The notes beneath the pieces are model-generated. The model searched no databases, was not told the origin of the DNA, and saw nothing but the letters and a program-made list of their open reading frames with translations. Below, piece by piece: positions 31,438 to 41,281 of a DNA stretch of 64,000 bases. Origin of the DNA: Acidobacteriota bacterium (GTDB taxonomy: Bacteria > Acidobacteriota > UBA6911 > RPQK01 > JAJDTT01). The stretch lies in contig OZ242374.1 in assembly GCA_965209055.1 (NCBI GenBank), forward strand, positions 4,672,001-4,736,000, in the 5' to 3' direction. The position numbers and the translations under genes are program-made. Numbering within the stretch: position 1 is the stretch's first letter; every line of letters begins with the position of its first letter.

Positions 31438-32775
31438 ATGCGCTACATTTCCCTGACCCCGCAAGAAAGGCAACACATGCTCCAGGCCATCGGCGTGGAG
31501 AAGACGGAGGACCTGTTCGAGTCCATCCCGGTGGGAGTCCGCCTGGGCCGGCCGCTGGATCTTCCGGAGCCGCTCTCCGAATCGTCGCTTCTGGCCGACT
31601 TCAAGTCCATGGCCCGCAGGAACGCCTGCGCCGAGGATTTCGGCTACTTTCTGGGCGCCGGCGCGTACCACCACTTCATTCCCTCCGTCATCGACACCCT
31701 GGTTTCGCGCTCCGAATACTTCACCGCCTATACGCCCTACCAGCCGGAAGTCAGTCAGGGAACTCTCCAGGCCATCTTCGAATACCAGACCCTCATCGCT
31801 CAGCTCACCGGGATGGAAGTGGCCAACGCCAGCCTCTACGACGGGGCCAGCGCCTTGGCCGAAGCGGTCATGATGGCCTCCCGGGTGACCCGCCGGACAC
31901 GAATCCTGGTTCCGGAGGCGCTCCATCCGAACTACCGGAAGGTTCTCGGCACCTATACGGGGAACCACCTTTCCGTAACCACCGTCCCCGCCAATTCCGC
32001 CGGCTCCATGGATCCGGAGACCGTGGACGCTCTCCTGGACGACGGGACGGCGGCGGTCGTGGTCCAGTCCCCCAACTTCTTCGGCATCGTGGAGGAGATG
32101 GAGGAATTGGGCCGGCTGGCTCACCGGCGCCGCGCTCTGCTGGTGGCCGTCACCACCGAGGCGCTCTCCCTGGGGCTGTTGAAACCGCCCGGCGAGATGG
32201 GCGCCGACATCGTGGCCGGAGAGGGGCAGAGCCTGGGACTCCCTCTGAGCTTCGGGGGACCGTATCTGGGGCTGTTCGCCACCCGCGACCGCTACAAGCG
32301 GCAGATGCCGGGCCGCCTCGTGGGCCAGACCGTGGACCGGAAAGACCGGCGTGGTTTCGTCCTGACCCTCTCCACCCGGGAGCAGCACATCCGCCGCGAG
32401 AGGGCCACCTCCAACATCTGCACCAATCAGGGCCTCTGCGCCCTGGCGGTGTCCATCTTCCTGTCCACTCTGGGCAAGAACGGCATACGAGAGCTGGCCG
32501 AGCAGAACCTGAAGAAGGCCCACTACCTCAGGCGAAGATTGGCCGGCCGCCTGGTCTTCTCGGGGCCCGTATTCAACGAAATGGTGCTGCGGGTGGACGA
32601 CCCCGAGAGTCTCAACCAGGAGCTCTACCGGGAAGGGATCATCGGGGGCCTGCCCCTGGGAACCTGGTTTCCGTCGCGCCGGGACCAGATGCTGGTCTGC
32701 GTCACCGACCAGAACACCCGGCGCCAGATCGACCGCTTCATCCGCGTTCTCCAGCAAAGCCGCGTGACCGTATGA
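31438..32775 (+). CDS. gcvPA: Glycine dehydrogenase subunit 1
   Basis: FLGAGAY, TAYTPYQPEVSQG, NASLYDG, REQHIRRERATSNICTNQ. Confidence 0.97.
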   Translation: MRYISLTPQERQHMLQAIGVEKTEDLFESIPVGVRLGRPLDLPEPLSESSLLADFKSMARRNACAEDFGYFLGAGAYHHFIPSVIDTLVSRSEYFTAYTPYQPEVSQGTLQAIFEYQTLIAQLTGMEVANASLYDGASALAEAVMMASRVTRRTRILVPEALHPNYRKVLGTYTGNHLSVTTVPANSAGSMDPETVDALLDDGTAAVVVQSPNFFGIVEEMEELGRLAHRRRALLVAVTTEALSLGLLKPPGEMGADIVAGEGQSLGLPLSFGGPYLGLFATRDRYKRQMPGRLVGQTVDRKDRRGFVLTLSTREQHIRRERATSNICTNQGLCALAVSIFLSTLGKNGIRELAEQNLKKAHYLRRRLAGRLVFSGPVFNEMVLRVDDPESLNQELYREGIIGGLPLGTWFPSRRDQMLVCVTDQNTRRQIDRFIRVLQQSRVTV

Positions 32776-34256
32776 ATCGAACCAGTCCCGTCAACAACCT
32801 CAACGAGCCGCTCATCTTCGAGCAGTCCTCACCGGGGAAGGCCGCCTACAGTCTCCCTCCCCTCGACGTGGAGGACACGCCCATCGAAGAGATCCTGGAT
32901 CCGGGACTGACCCGGCAGGAGGTCGGGGGATTCCCGGAAGTGAGCGAGGTGGAGATCATCCGGCACTACACCCGGATGTCGACCTGGAACTACCACATCG
33001 ACCTGGGAATGTATCCGCTGGGTTCCTGCACCATGAAGTACAACCCCCGGCTCAACGAGCGGACCGCTCGCATGGCGCAAATCGCCATGGTGCATCCCAT
33101 GCAGGAGGCTGCTCTGTCGCAGGGCAACCTGGAGCTCATCCACCGTCTCCAGGAGTGCCTGCAGGAACTCACGGGCCTGGACGCCGTCACGCTCCAGCCG
33201 GCGGCCGGGTCTCAAGGAGAAATGGTGGGGATCCTCATGGTGCGCGCCCACCATGAGGCGCAAAAACGGCAACGGCGCTACGTCCTGATCCCCGACTCGG
33301 CACACGGCACCAACCCGGCCAGCGCCGCCATTGCGGGGTACCAGGTGGTCTCGATTCCCTCCGACTCCGCCGGCAGGATCGACATCCGGATCCTGCGCGA
33401 GCGCATGAACGAAGACGTGGCCTGCCTGATGTTGACCAATCCCAACACGCTGGGGATCTTCGAGAGCCGGATCGAGGAGATCAGCCGGATCGTCCACGAT
33501 CAGGGCGGACTCATCTACATGGACGGGGCCAACTTCAACGCCCTCATGGGATATGCGCGTCCGGGGGACATGGGGATCGACGTGCTCCACCTGAATCTGC
33601 ACAAGACCTTCTCGACTCCCCACGGCGGGGGAGGTCCCGGCTGTGGAGCCGTCGCCTGCCGTGGCTTGCTCTCCCCCTATCTGCCGTTACCCGTGATCGA
33701 ACGGGACGGCAGCGGTTACCGCGCCGACTCGGATCGCCCCCATTCCATCGGTCCGGTCCACGCCTTCCACGGCAACTTCGGCATGATGGTGCGGGCTCTG
33801 ACCTACATCCTCACCTGCGGCGGGAGCGGACTGAAGCAGCTCACCGAGACCGCGGTGCTCAACGCCAACTACATCCGCGCCCGGCTTCAGGAATACTTCC
33901 ACCTTCCCTACCCGACTCCGTCCATGCACGAGGCGGTCTTCTCGGACAAGACCCTGGAGCCTTACGGAGTCAAGACACTGGACGTGGCCAAGCAGCTCAT
34001 CGACGAGGGCTTCCATCCGCCGACGATCTACTTTCCCCTGATCGTCCGGGGTGCCATGATGATCGAACCCACCGAAAGCGAGAACAAGGCGGAGCTGGAC
34101 GCTTTCGTGGACGCCATGGTCCGGATCTACCATCGAGCCCGGGAGGATGCGGACGCCGCTCATGAAGCGCCCCGCCTGGCCAAACGGACCCGGCTGGACG
34201 AGACCCGGGCCGCCCGCCGCCCGGTGCTGAGGTGGAGTCCCGGGGAGGCAGGGTAA
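32772..34256 (+). CDS. gcvPB: Glycine dehydrogenase subunit 2
   Basis: YPLGSCTMKYNP, AHGTNPASA, HLNLHKTFSTPHGGGGPG, IEPTESE. Confidence 0.97.
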   Translation: MNRTSPVNNLNEPLIFEQSSPGKAAYSLPPLDVEDTPIEEILDPGLTRQEVGGFPEVSEVEIIRHYTRMSTWNYHIDLGMYPLGSCTMKYNPRLNERTARMAQIAMVHPMQEAALSQGNLELIHRLQECLQELTGLDAVTLQPAAGSQGEMVGILMVRAHHEAQKRQRRYVLIPDSAHGTNPASAAIAGYQVVSIPSDSAGRIDIRILRERMNEDVACLMLTNPNTLGIFESRIEEISRIVHDQGGLIYMDGANFNALMGYARPGDMGIDVLHLNLHKTFSTPHGGGGPGCGAVACRGLLSPYLPLPVIERDGSGYRADSDRPHSIGPVHAFHGNFGMMVRALTYILTCGGSGLKQLTETAVLNANYIRARLQEYFHLPYPTPSMHEAVFSDKTLEPYGVKTLDVAKQLIDEGFHPPTIYFPLIVRGAMMIEPTESENKAELDAFVDAMVRIYHRAREDADAAHEAPRLAKRTRLDETRAARRPVLRWSPGEAG

Positions 34257-34284
34257 CCAGGAGGACCGAGACCCGGAGGGCCCG

Positions 34285-35283
34285 GTGGTGAGTCGTCGGA
34301 GTCGAGCTATTGTGCTCAGCGCCTGCTGGCTGATGGCGGTCCAGTTTCTCCAGGCCCAACCCTCCTCGGATCCCGTTCCCCCCTCCTTTCGGGTCCGGGC
34401 CAACTTCATCCGGGTCCCGGTCACCGTCTTCGGGCCGACGGGGAAACTCCTGACCCATCTGGAACGGGAACACTTCTCCCTGCTGGATGAGAACAGCCCC
34501 CGGGCCATCGAGAACTTCGTGCTGGACCAGGACCGCATCCACGTCGCTCTCCTGCTGGACGTGAGCGGCAGCATCCGCCACGAGTTGAAGCAGATCGCAC
34601 AAGCGGCCCTGGACTTCGCCCGTTCCTTTCAGCGAAACGACCGGTTCTCCGTCATCACCTTTTCCGACCGCGTCCAGGTGCTCCAGGACTGGACTTCGAG
34701 CATGAGGGCGGTCCGCCGGGCCCTCAGGAAGCTGGAACCGGGCTATCGGACCGCCATGTATGACGCGCTGTGGACCACCACCAACAGGCAACTGTCCCGG
34801 GTCGCCGGGAAGAAGGCCATCATCCTGCTCACCGACGGGTTGGACAACGAGAGCGGTCAAAGCTACGACCAGATCGTCCGCCGCCTGATCGCTTCCAACG
34901 TCGCCCTCTACATCATCAGCAGGACCCGCCTGATCCAGGACGAAGTAGGCCGCAGCAATCGCGTGGAATTCCTGAACCGGGTGATGTCCGAGTTGGTGAA
35001 TCCGGAAGAGGACTTCGTGGACGCCTACTTCGAGCAGAAGGAGCAGGCCATGCTCCACCTGGCCGAAGCCACCGGGGGGAGGGCCCTCTTTCCCGAGCGG
35101 CTGGAGGAGCTTACGGACAGGTATCTGGAACTGGCGCGGGAGCTCAAGAGCCAGTACGTCCTCACCTTCCGTCCTCCGCCCAGTTCGGAACAGCCCTTTC
35201 GAAGCATCCGGGTCCAATGCAGCGAACCCACCGGCAAGATCCTCCACCGCCGCCAGTACTATTGGCCGAGTCCCCGGTTCTGA
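34285..35283 (+). CDS. Secreted VWA domain protein
   Basis: LLDVSGSI, TAMYDAL, LTDGLDN, TGGRA, ELKSQYVL. Confidence 0.9.
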   Translation: MVSRRSRAIVLSACWLMAVQFLQAQPSSDPVPPSFRVRANFIRVPVTVFGPTGKLLTHLEREHFSLLDENSPRAIENFVLDQDRIHVALLLDVSGSIRHELKQIAQAALDFARSFQRNDRFSVITFSDRVQVLQDWTSSMRAVRRALRKLEPGYRTAMYDALWTTTNRQLSRVAGKKAIILLTDGLDNESGQSYDQIVRRLIASNVALYIISRTRLIQDEVGRSNRVEFLNRVMSELVNPEEDFVDAYFEQKEQAMLHLAEATGGRALFPERLEELTDRYLELARELKSQYVLTFRPPPSSEQPFRSIRVQCSEPTGKILHRRQYYWPSPRF

Positions 35284-35303
35284 GGAATGAAGCGCCGGTC
35301 CCC

Positions 35304-35326
35304 GGAACGGCGGTTTCCAACCGCCG
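35304..35326 (+). repeat. REP-like hairpin, left arm without an adjacent partner
   Basis: GGAA-CGGCGGTT-TCC-AACCGCCG. Confidence 0.75.
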
Positions 35327-35458
35327 ATCTCCCACGTAATCAAACGGCGCAAGAGCGCCGGATGAAATGAGCTCACGGCGCAACTATGATATTCCGTCCT
35401 GGAGCAGAGATCGGCGAGCGGGTCCCGGTTTGAATGGACAGGGTCGAAACACAATCAC

Positions 35459-35750
35459 TCAAGTCTTTACGGCGACGATCGCCGTGGCGCACAAATGCTG
35501 AGCGTAACGCCGGAACGTCGCGTACATCGCCCGGATGCTACGGCGCACGGAAGGGGTCTTGACCGCGTTCCAGATGATGCGAAGCGCCCGCGGCAGACCC
35601 TCGTCGCGCACGAGTCGTCTGAGCTCGAGCAAATGCATCGGGACGCTCATCTGCTTCTCGACCCTGAACCCCTGGGCGGCGAGCAATTCGCACCATCCGT
35701 TCGCCGTGAGGGGCCACGCTCCCACATGGATGGCGTCGGACAGAGCCTGG
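35459..35750 (-). pseudogene. C-terminal fragment of a class I SAM-dependent methyltransferase-like gene
   Basis: ALSDAIHVGAWPLT..W..LL...GF...PMHLLE..RLVRDEG...MYATFRRY resembles a methyltransferase C-terminus; no SAM-binding N-terminus. Confidence 0.5.
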
Positions 35751-35952
35751 GGAATGATTATATGGCCTCACCAGCCTGCTACGCGCAATACTCGGACCGC
35801 ACGCTCAGCGATGCCCCGTCTTCTCACCGCAGCATTCGACCGATCATCGGAGCCAACCTGACCGGCTCGGGCGCCAACGGGGTATCGCGCCGAGTGCTGT
35901 CCATCGACCGGCCCCCCCTCCAATTGGAAACGCAGACCCGGAAGTAACCGAC

Positions 35953-36432
35953 ATGACCCGATGGGAAGCCTGGTCGTTTCACACCCTGTCGATCGTTCTC
36001 TCCGTCACCGGGATACTCCTTTTCGTCATGAAGTACCTGATGGAGAACCATGACCCGTTTCAACTGGTCAACCACCCCTGGCAACCCTTGATGCTGGATC
36101 TGCATATCCTGATGGCGCCCGGCCTGGTCCTGGTCCTGGGGATGATCTGGTCGAGCCACGTCGTGGGAAACCTGCGCACCCGCTCCCGAAACAACCGGCG
36201 CACGGGGATTCTGCTGCTGGCGACGTTCCCGGTAATGGTGCTCTCCGGCTACCTGATCCAAATCCTCGTCCATCCCACCCTTTCCGTCCTGACCATTATC
36301 ATGCACGCGGTCAGTTCGTCGGTCTTCGTCATCGCCTACGTCTGGCACCAGTGGCTGACGTTGCGGATCTGGCTTCGCCGGCGCCGAAAACGCAGATTCA
36401 AGTCCCTTGCGTCTGAACTCGGGCAGCTTTGA
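35953..36432 (+). CDS. Four-TM membrane protein with intramembrane His residues
   Basis: Four hydrophobic segments; His in LHIL, SHV, MHA, WHQ. Confidence 0.75.
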   Translation: MTRWEAWSFHTLSIVLSVTGILLFVMKYLMENHDPFQLVNHPWQPLMLDLHILMAPGLVLVLGMIWSSHVVGNLRTRSRNNRRTGILLLATFPVMVLSGYLIQILVHPTLSVLTIIMHAVSSSVFVIAYVWHQWLTLRIWLRRRRKRRFKSLASELGQL

Positions 36433-36527
36433 GTTGGAACGTCCGGCAGCAAAAAACCCGTTTACCGTGGAAGCGAAGCGAGATAGGAAACGGGGAAGAG
36501 CGTGCCGGCTTTCAGAAACCGGGTCTA

Positions 36528-36673
36528 CTGCCTGTTTGTCGCGCGTTCAGCATGTCAAACATGGGGAGCCAACCACTTTACCGATTCGGCGAAGAACCTG
36601 GTAAACGTCTGAAACAGTTACTGTTTAGCAGTTCTTGACTGAGGGGCGGACGGGTTTGGGAATCGCTCCTCCT
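36528..36673 (+). mobile_element. Orphan attR-like copy of the right end of the 49841-60463 element
   Basis: 123/146 ungapped identity to 60327-60472 (manual count); ends in core-like GTTTGGGAATC plus REP arm. Confidence 0.8.
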
Positions 36674-36852
36674 CGCAGTTTTCCTGCATTCCAGCGTTAA
36701 AGAGTTTACTGGATGTTCCACTGGAAAAGCTGGGCCGTTTTTGCCTTTTCAACCCTTGTCTCGTCATTGCGTTCCTGCTGGGTGCGGGCCGCCTCCTGAC
36801 CGAGGAGCAGCAGCGTCCCCGACTCGCCTTTGACCGGACACAGACCGTCGAA

Positions 36853-39099
36853 ATGGTGGGCCGGATCGATCACCCGCCATTTGCGCTGAAGCAGGGTCTG
36901 TATCTGGAGATCATGCCGCTGGCGGTCCAACAAGGGGGACGGGTTCTTGCCCTTCCCGGCAAGGTGGCTCTCTACGTCTACTCCCTCCCCGACGGAACCG
37001 AAACGGAGCCCTTCCTCCGATACGGAGACACACTGCGGGTCAGCACCTTCCTTGAGGATCCGCCCCACCATGGAATCCCGGGAGTAGAGGACCTGCGCCT
37101 GCGCTTCTGGCAACGAGGAATCGTGGGCGTGATGCGCGTCAAGTCACACCTCCAGGTCCGGCGCTTGGCGCCGGATGCCGGATGGGACCCCCGAAGACCG
37201 CTGTTCGCCTATGTCCGATCGTTCGAGCGCTTCTGCCGGCGGACACTGCAGCCGGAACAGCAAACCCTGGTCCTGAGCACCCTTCTGGGCCAGACCCGCC
37301 GCCTTGAGGAGGTCGATCGCATCAGCATCGAGAAACTGGGAATCTTCCACCTTTTCGCCGTCTCCGGGTTCCACGTCTCGCTGGTCTACCTGTTTCTCCA
37401 TCTCCTGTCCCGTCCCCTGGGATTGGCCGGGCGCCTCCTGGCGCTGGGCGCCGTCTGGAGCTACGTGGTGGCCGTGGGGGCTCCCATCTCCGCCATCCGG
37501 GCCGGACTCATGGCCAGTTGGATCCATCTCCTGCTGTCCCTGGGCCTCAAATCACAGTTCCTCAACGGGCTGGGAATCGCCGCCCTGATCATGCTGGGGA
37601 CCCGGCCCCAATCCCTCCATACGGCGAGTTTCCAGTTCTCTTATCTGAGCCTCCTGGCCATCGGACTCTGCGTCTTTCCGATCCATACCCGGATCCGCAC
37701 CTTGCAGCGATCCGCGTCATCCCTCTTTCTGCCCCAAGTGAGGGTCGAGCCGACGGCTCGGGGGCGGCTGGGACGGCAGATCCGGTACCGGCTGGAGGGT
37801 CTCCTGGAGCCGCTGCCCAGAACCCTGTCGAAAACCCTGGTTCCCTGGTTGGGACGCGGCTCCGAATCGGTGCTTTCACTGGTCTCGTGCACGCTCTGCA
37901 TCCAACTGTTCACCCTGCCCCTGGCCCTCTACTACTCCAACGTCTGGTGCTGGACCCATTGGCTGTCCAACCTGGTTCTGGTGCCCTGCTTCTCCCTCAT
38001 CCTTCTGGCGGCGTTCGCGCTGCTGGCCACCTTTTGGCTCCCCACGGGAAACCTCTTGTCGTGGCTGGTGGGGACGATGGCCGACCTGATCCGCGAGTTG
38101 ATGGACCTGGTGCAGCGCGTCGCCACCATTCAATACGTGCCCCACCCCACGACCGCAGAGCTGATTCTCTATTTCCTGCTCCTTGGGCTGGCTTTGATCC
38201 TGGGCCGGAGGGCGTACCACCTCCTCTGGCTGGCCCCGGTTCTTCTCTTCCTCTCCGTGACCCGGGAGCCTGCGCCCGCCACCGAAGAGCTCGAGGTCAC
38301 CCTGTTGGACGTGGGCCAGGGAGAAAGCATCCACATCTCCTATCCGGACGGCGGCGACGCGCTGGTGGATACCGGAGGACGCTGGTCGTGGAACGCGGAA
38401 CCCAGCCGCTTCGTCGGGCAGAGGCTGGTGGGACGCTATCTCTGGCACCGTAGAATCCGGAACCTCTCCTTCGTCCTCTTGACCCATCCCCACCAGGACC
38501 ACGTGCAAGGGTACGAATTCATCCGCCGCGCCTTTCCCGTGGAAAGATTGATGTTCGCGGAACCTCCGCCTGGAGAGCTGCCGGAGCAACGCCGGACCCT
38601 CAGCGACGGTCAGACCTTCTTCTTCTCGGGCGTCGAGCATCGGGTGCTCAACCCGCCCGAGAGGGGAGACCCGATATGGAACTCCTCCAGCTCCAACAAC
38701 AGGTCGGTGGTCCTGCTCCTCATATACGGGCGGTTCCGCCTGCTGTTGACGGGAGACATCGACCGGGACATCGAACGGCGATTGACTCCCAGGCTGGGAC
38801 CCACGGCGGTGCTGAAGGTGGCCCACCACGGAAGCCACTCCAGCAGCTCCTCCGGGTTCCTCTCACGGCTGAGGCCCCGAGTGGGTCTGATCTCGGCCGG
38901 ACGCAAGAACGCCTTCGGTCATCCCGCCCCAGCCACCCTGCAACGGCTCCGCCGCGCCGGAGCCCTCCCCCTCTCCACCAGCCAATGGGGCAGCTTGCGC
39001 GTGAGAACCGACGGAACAAGTTGGCAGGCTTCCCATTACCGGCGCGAGACGGACAGCTTCTGCCCCATCACCGGGGGATCCCTGGAAGAGGAGAATTAA
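36853..39099 (+). CDS. comEC: DNA uptake competence protein ComEC/Rec2 (5' end uncertain)
   Basis: HLFAVSGFH, SAIRA, FQFSY, LDVGQGES, THPHQDH, LLTGD, KVAHHGS, NAFGHP. Confidence 0.93.
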   Translation: MVGRIDHPPFALKQGLYLEIMPLAVQQGGRVLALPGKVALYVYSLPDGTETEPFLRYGDTLRVSTFLEDPPHHGIPGVEDLRLRFWQRGIVGVMRVKSHLQVRRLAPDAGWDPRRPLFAYVRSFERFCRRTLQPEQQTLVLSTLLGQTRRLEEVDRISIEKLGIFHLFAVSGFHVSLVYLFLHLLSRPLGLAGRLLALGAVWSYVVAVGAPISAIRAGLMASWIHLLLSLGLKSQFLNGLGIAALIMLGTRPQSLHTASFQFSYLSLLAIGLCVFPIHTRIRTLQRSASSLFLPQVRVEPTARGRLGRQIRYRLEGLLEPLPRTLSKTLVPWLGRGSESVLSLVSCTLCIQLFTLPLALYYSNVWCWTHWLSNLVLVPCFSLILLAAFALLATFWLPTGNLLSWLVGTMADLIRELMDLVQRVATIQYVPHPTTAELILYFLLLGLALILGRRAYHLLWLAPVLLFLSVTREPAPATEELEVTLLDVGQGESIHISYPDGGDALVDTGGRWSWNAEPSRFVGQRLVGRYLWHRRIRNLSFVLLTHPHQDHVQGYEFIRRAFPVERLMFAEPPPGELPEQRRTLSDGQTFFFSGVEHRVLNPPERGDPIWNSSSSNNRSVVLLLIYGRFRLLLTGDIDRDIERRLTPRLGPTAVLKVAHHGSHSSSSSGFLSRLRPRVGLISAGRKNAFGHPAPATLQRLRRAGALPLSTSQWGSLRVRTDGTSWQASHYRRETDSFCPITGGSLEEEN

Positions 39100-39167
39100 G
39101 CGGCGACGTTCCTCCCGCCGGAATTCGTATACTAACCTCTGACCCCGTTCGCGAGACCCAAACCACC

Positions 39168-40532
39168 GTGTCTCAGACAACTCTCCACAAAAAGGGCCAG
39201 GCGCCGTCCAAGACCAACTCTCACCGGCTGGTCGACATCGTCGGCTGTTGGTGCGCCTTGGGCTACGGCGCCCTCGCCTACCTGGCCCGCCAGCCCGGCG
39301 AGCCCGATCTCCCCATCTTCTTCATCCTGGTAGCCTGGACCGGCCTGCCGGTCTTCGGACTCTACCTCTATTCCAGACAGCGCGGCGAACCGATTCCCAT
39401 CGGACGCATGTTCCTCTGGGCCGTAGCCTTCAGACTCTGCGGCCTCGCCGGTGGACCCTTCTTCGAGGACGACTTCCATCGCTATCTGTGGGACGGCTAC
39501 CGCTTCGCCACCGCCGGGACGCCTTACGGCGCCGCGCCGGAAGCGTTCTTTCTGGACACCAGCGTCCCGCCGGCGTTTCAGCAACTGCTGAACGGCATCA
39601 ACAACCCCGACCTGCCGACCATCTACGGACCGGTGACGCAGATCTTCTTTCTGCTGAGCTACTGGCTGCAACCAGGCAGCGTGACGGCACTGCAGTTGAT
39701 CCTGATTCTGGTCGACCTGGGCCTGATCTGGATTCTCCTCCGCATGGCGCCGACCCGGAACGTGATGCTCTACGCATGGTGCCCGCTCGTGATCAAGGAA
39801 ATCGCCTTCACGGCGCACCCGGACGGCGCCGGCGCCTGCCTTCTCATGGCGGCGGTCCTGCTCGTCCGGAACCGGCGCGCGGGAAGCGCCGCCGTCTGCC
39901 TGGGGATGGCCGCCGGCGCCAAGATATTTGCCCTGGTGCTGGCGCCGCTGGTGCTGCTGAGAACTCGTCCGCGCCACTGGCTGCTGTTCGGCGTTACACT
40001 GGCCGCGGTGTATGCTCCATTCCTCCTGACGGGCGGCACGAACCTCACCTCTTTGCAGGTGTTCGCCCGGGAGTGGGAGTTCAATTCCGCGGCATTCGGC
40101 TTGCTGGGGACGCTGTTGCCACGATTCGAGGCCCGGCTGATTCTGGGTCTGGCGTTCGCCGTCTTTTGGCTGCGCTATGCCGGCAAGTTCGCTCGAGGCG
40201 GTCGACACGCCATCCCCCGGGGCGATTGGCTCTTCGGGGCGCTGCTTGCCGTCTCTCCGGTGATCAACGCCTGGTATCTGCTCTGGTTGCTCCCGTTCGC
40301 GGCCATCTTCCCGAGCGCCTCGGCCTGGACGGCGTCGACTGCCGTCCTGCTCAGCTACGTGATCGGAATCCACTTGGGCGACTACACCCTGCAGGCGTAC
40401 CAGCAGCCGGCCTGGATCCGTTTCCTGGAATTCGGCTTGATCCTGGCGGCGTTGGCCTATGACCTGATCCGGCGCCGGGGGATCCAGGGGGAGCCCGCCC
40501 ACGACGCCCACGTGCCATGTACGAAGACCTGA
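39168..40532 (+). CDS. Polytopic GT-C glycosyltransferase-like protein (GT87/DUF2029-like)
   Basis: EDDFHRYLWDG, INNPDLPTIYGP, YAWCPL, HPD, WEFN, WYLLW. Confidence 0.75.
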   Translation: MSQTTLHKKGQAPSKTNSHRLVDIVGCWCALGYGALAYLARQPGEPDLPIFFILVAWTGLPVFGLYLYSRQRGEPIPIGRMFLWAVAFRLCGLAGGPFFEDDFHRYLWDGYRFATAGTPYGAAPEAFFLDTSVPPAFQQLLNGINNPDLPTIYGPVTQIFFLLSYWLQPGSVTALQLILILVDLGLIWILLRMAPTRNVMLYAWCPLVIKEIAFTAHPDGAGACLLMAAVLLVRNRRAGSAAVCLGMAAGAKIFALVLAPLVLLRTRPRHWLLFGVTLAAVYAPFLLTGGTNLTSLQVFAREWEFNSAAFGLLGTLLPRFEARLILGLAFAVFWLRYAGKFARGGRHAIPRGDWLFGALLAVSPVINAWYLLWLLPFAAIFPSASAWTASTAVLLSYVIGIHLGDYTLQAYQQPAWIRFLEFGLILAALAYDLIRRRGIQGEPAHDAHVPCTKT

Positions 40533-41275
40533 CCGTCGGCGCCGTGATCCCGGCCCACGACGAAGAAGACAACATCGGCCCCGTCGTCAGATCGCTGTTG
40601 GACCTGCAGACGGAGAGCGGGCTCCAGGTGATCGACGACCTGGTGGTGTGCGACAACGCCTCCACCGACGAAACGGCGCTGCGGGCCAGACGGGCGGGCG
40701 CCCGCGTGGCACGCGAACCGACGCCCGGTTACGGAAGAGCCTGCCTGACGGCCATCGCGGCCCTGGAACCAGTGGACGTGGTCCTTTTCGTCGATGGCGA
40801 CCAGGCCTTCCACGTCCGCCAGTCGCTCGACCTTCTGGCGCCCATCGCAACCGGCGCCGACCTGGTCATCGGATCCCGGGTCCTGGGACGCATGGAGCCC
40901 GGCGCCCTGTCGATGCCGCAGATCGCCGGCAACCGAGTGGCAAGCCTGTTGATCCGGTTGTTGTGGAGGGCGAGGATCACCGATCTGGGTCCGTTCCGGG
41001 CCGTTCGTGCGGACGCATTGCGGCGCCTGGAGATGCGGGACACCGCCTACGGTTGGACCGTGGAGATGCAGGTCAAGGCGATCCAGACTAGAATGCGCAT
41101 GGTCGAGACCCCGGTGGACACGCGGCGGCGGCGCTTCGGGAAATCGAAGGTCGGAGGGACCGTCAGAGGCGTCATCGGGGCTGGCGTCGGAATTCTTTCC
41201 ATGATCTTCGGCCTTTGGATTCGCGGTTGGACGGCCGATTCGACGGCTTCGGCCCCGCGGCGGCAAGGAGAATAA
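40517..41275 (+). CDS. Glycosyltransferase family 2 (polyprenol-P glycosyltransferase-like)
   Basis: VIPAHDEE, CDNASTD, GYGRAC, FVDGD, VIGSR, TDLGPFRA, GWTVEMQ. Confidence 0.92.
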   Translation: MYEDLTVGAVIPAHDEEDNIGPVVRSLLDLQTESGLQVIDDLVVCDNASTDETALRARRAGARVAREPTPGYGRACLTAIAALEPVDVVLFVDGDQAFHVRQSLDLLAPIATGADLVIGSRVLGRMEPGALSMPQIAGNRVASLLIRLLWRARITDLGPFRAVRADALRRLEMRDTAYGWTVEMQVKAIQTRMRMVETPVDTRRRRFGKSKVGGTVRGVIGAGVGILSMIFGLWIRGWTADSTASAPRRQGE

Positions 41276-41281
41276 ATTCCC

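Noticed and set aside
31431-34256. 941-aa ORF as a fused GcvP
   Set aside because: The first 447 codons are an off-frame shadow of gcvPA; gcvPB starts at 32772.
36561-36638. Duplicated 25-aa ORF MGSQPLYRFGEEPG... (also 60360-60437)
   Set aside because: Only 4 of 11 nucleotide differences are synonymous and there is no RBS; better explained as a by-product of att DNA conservation.
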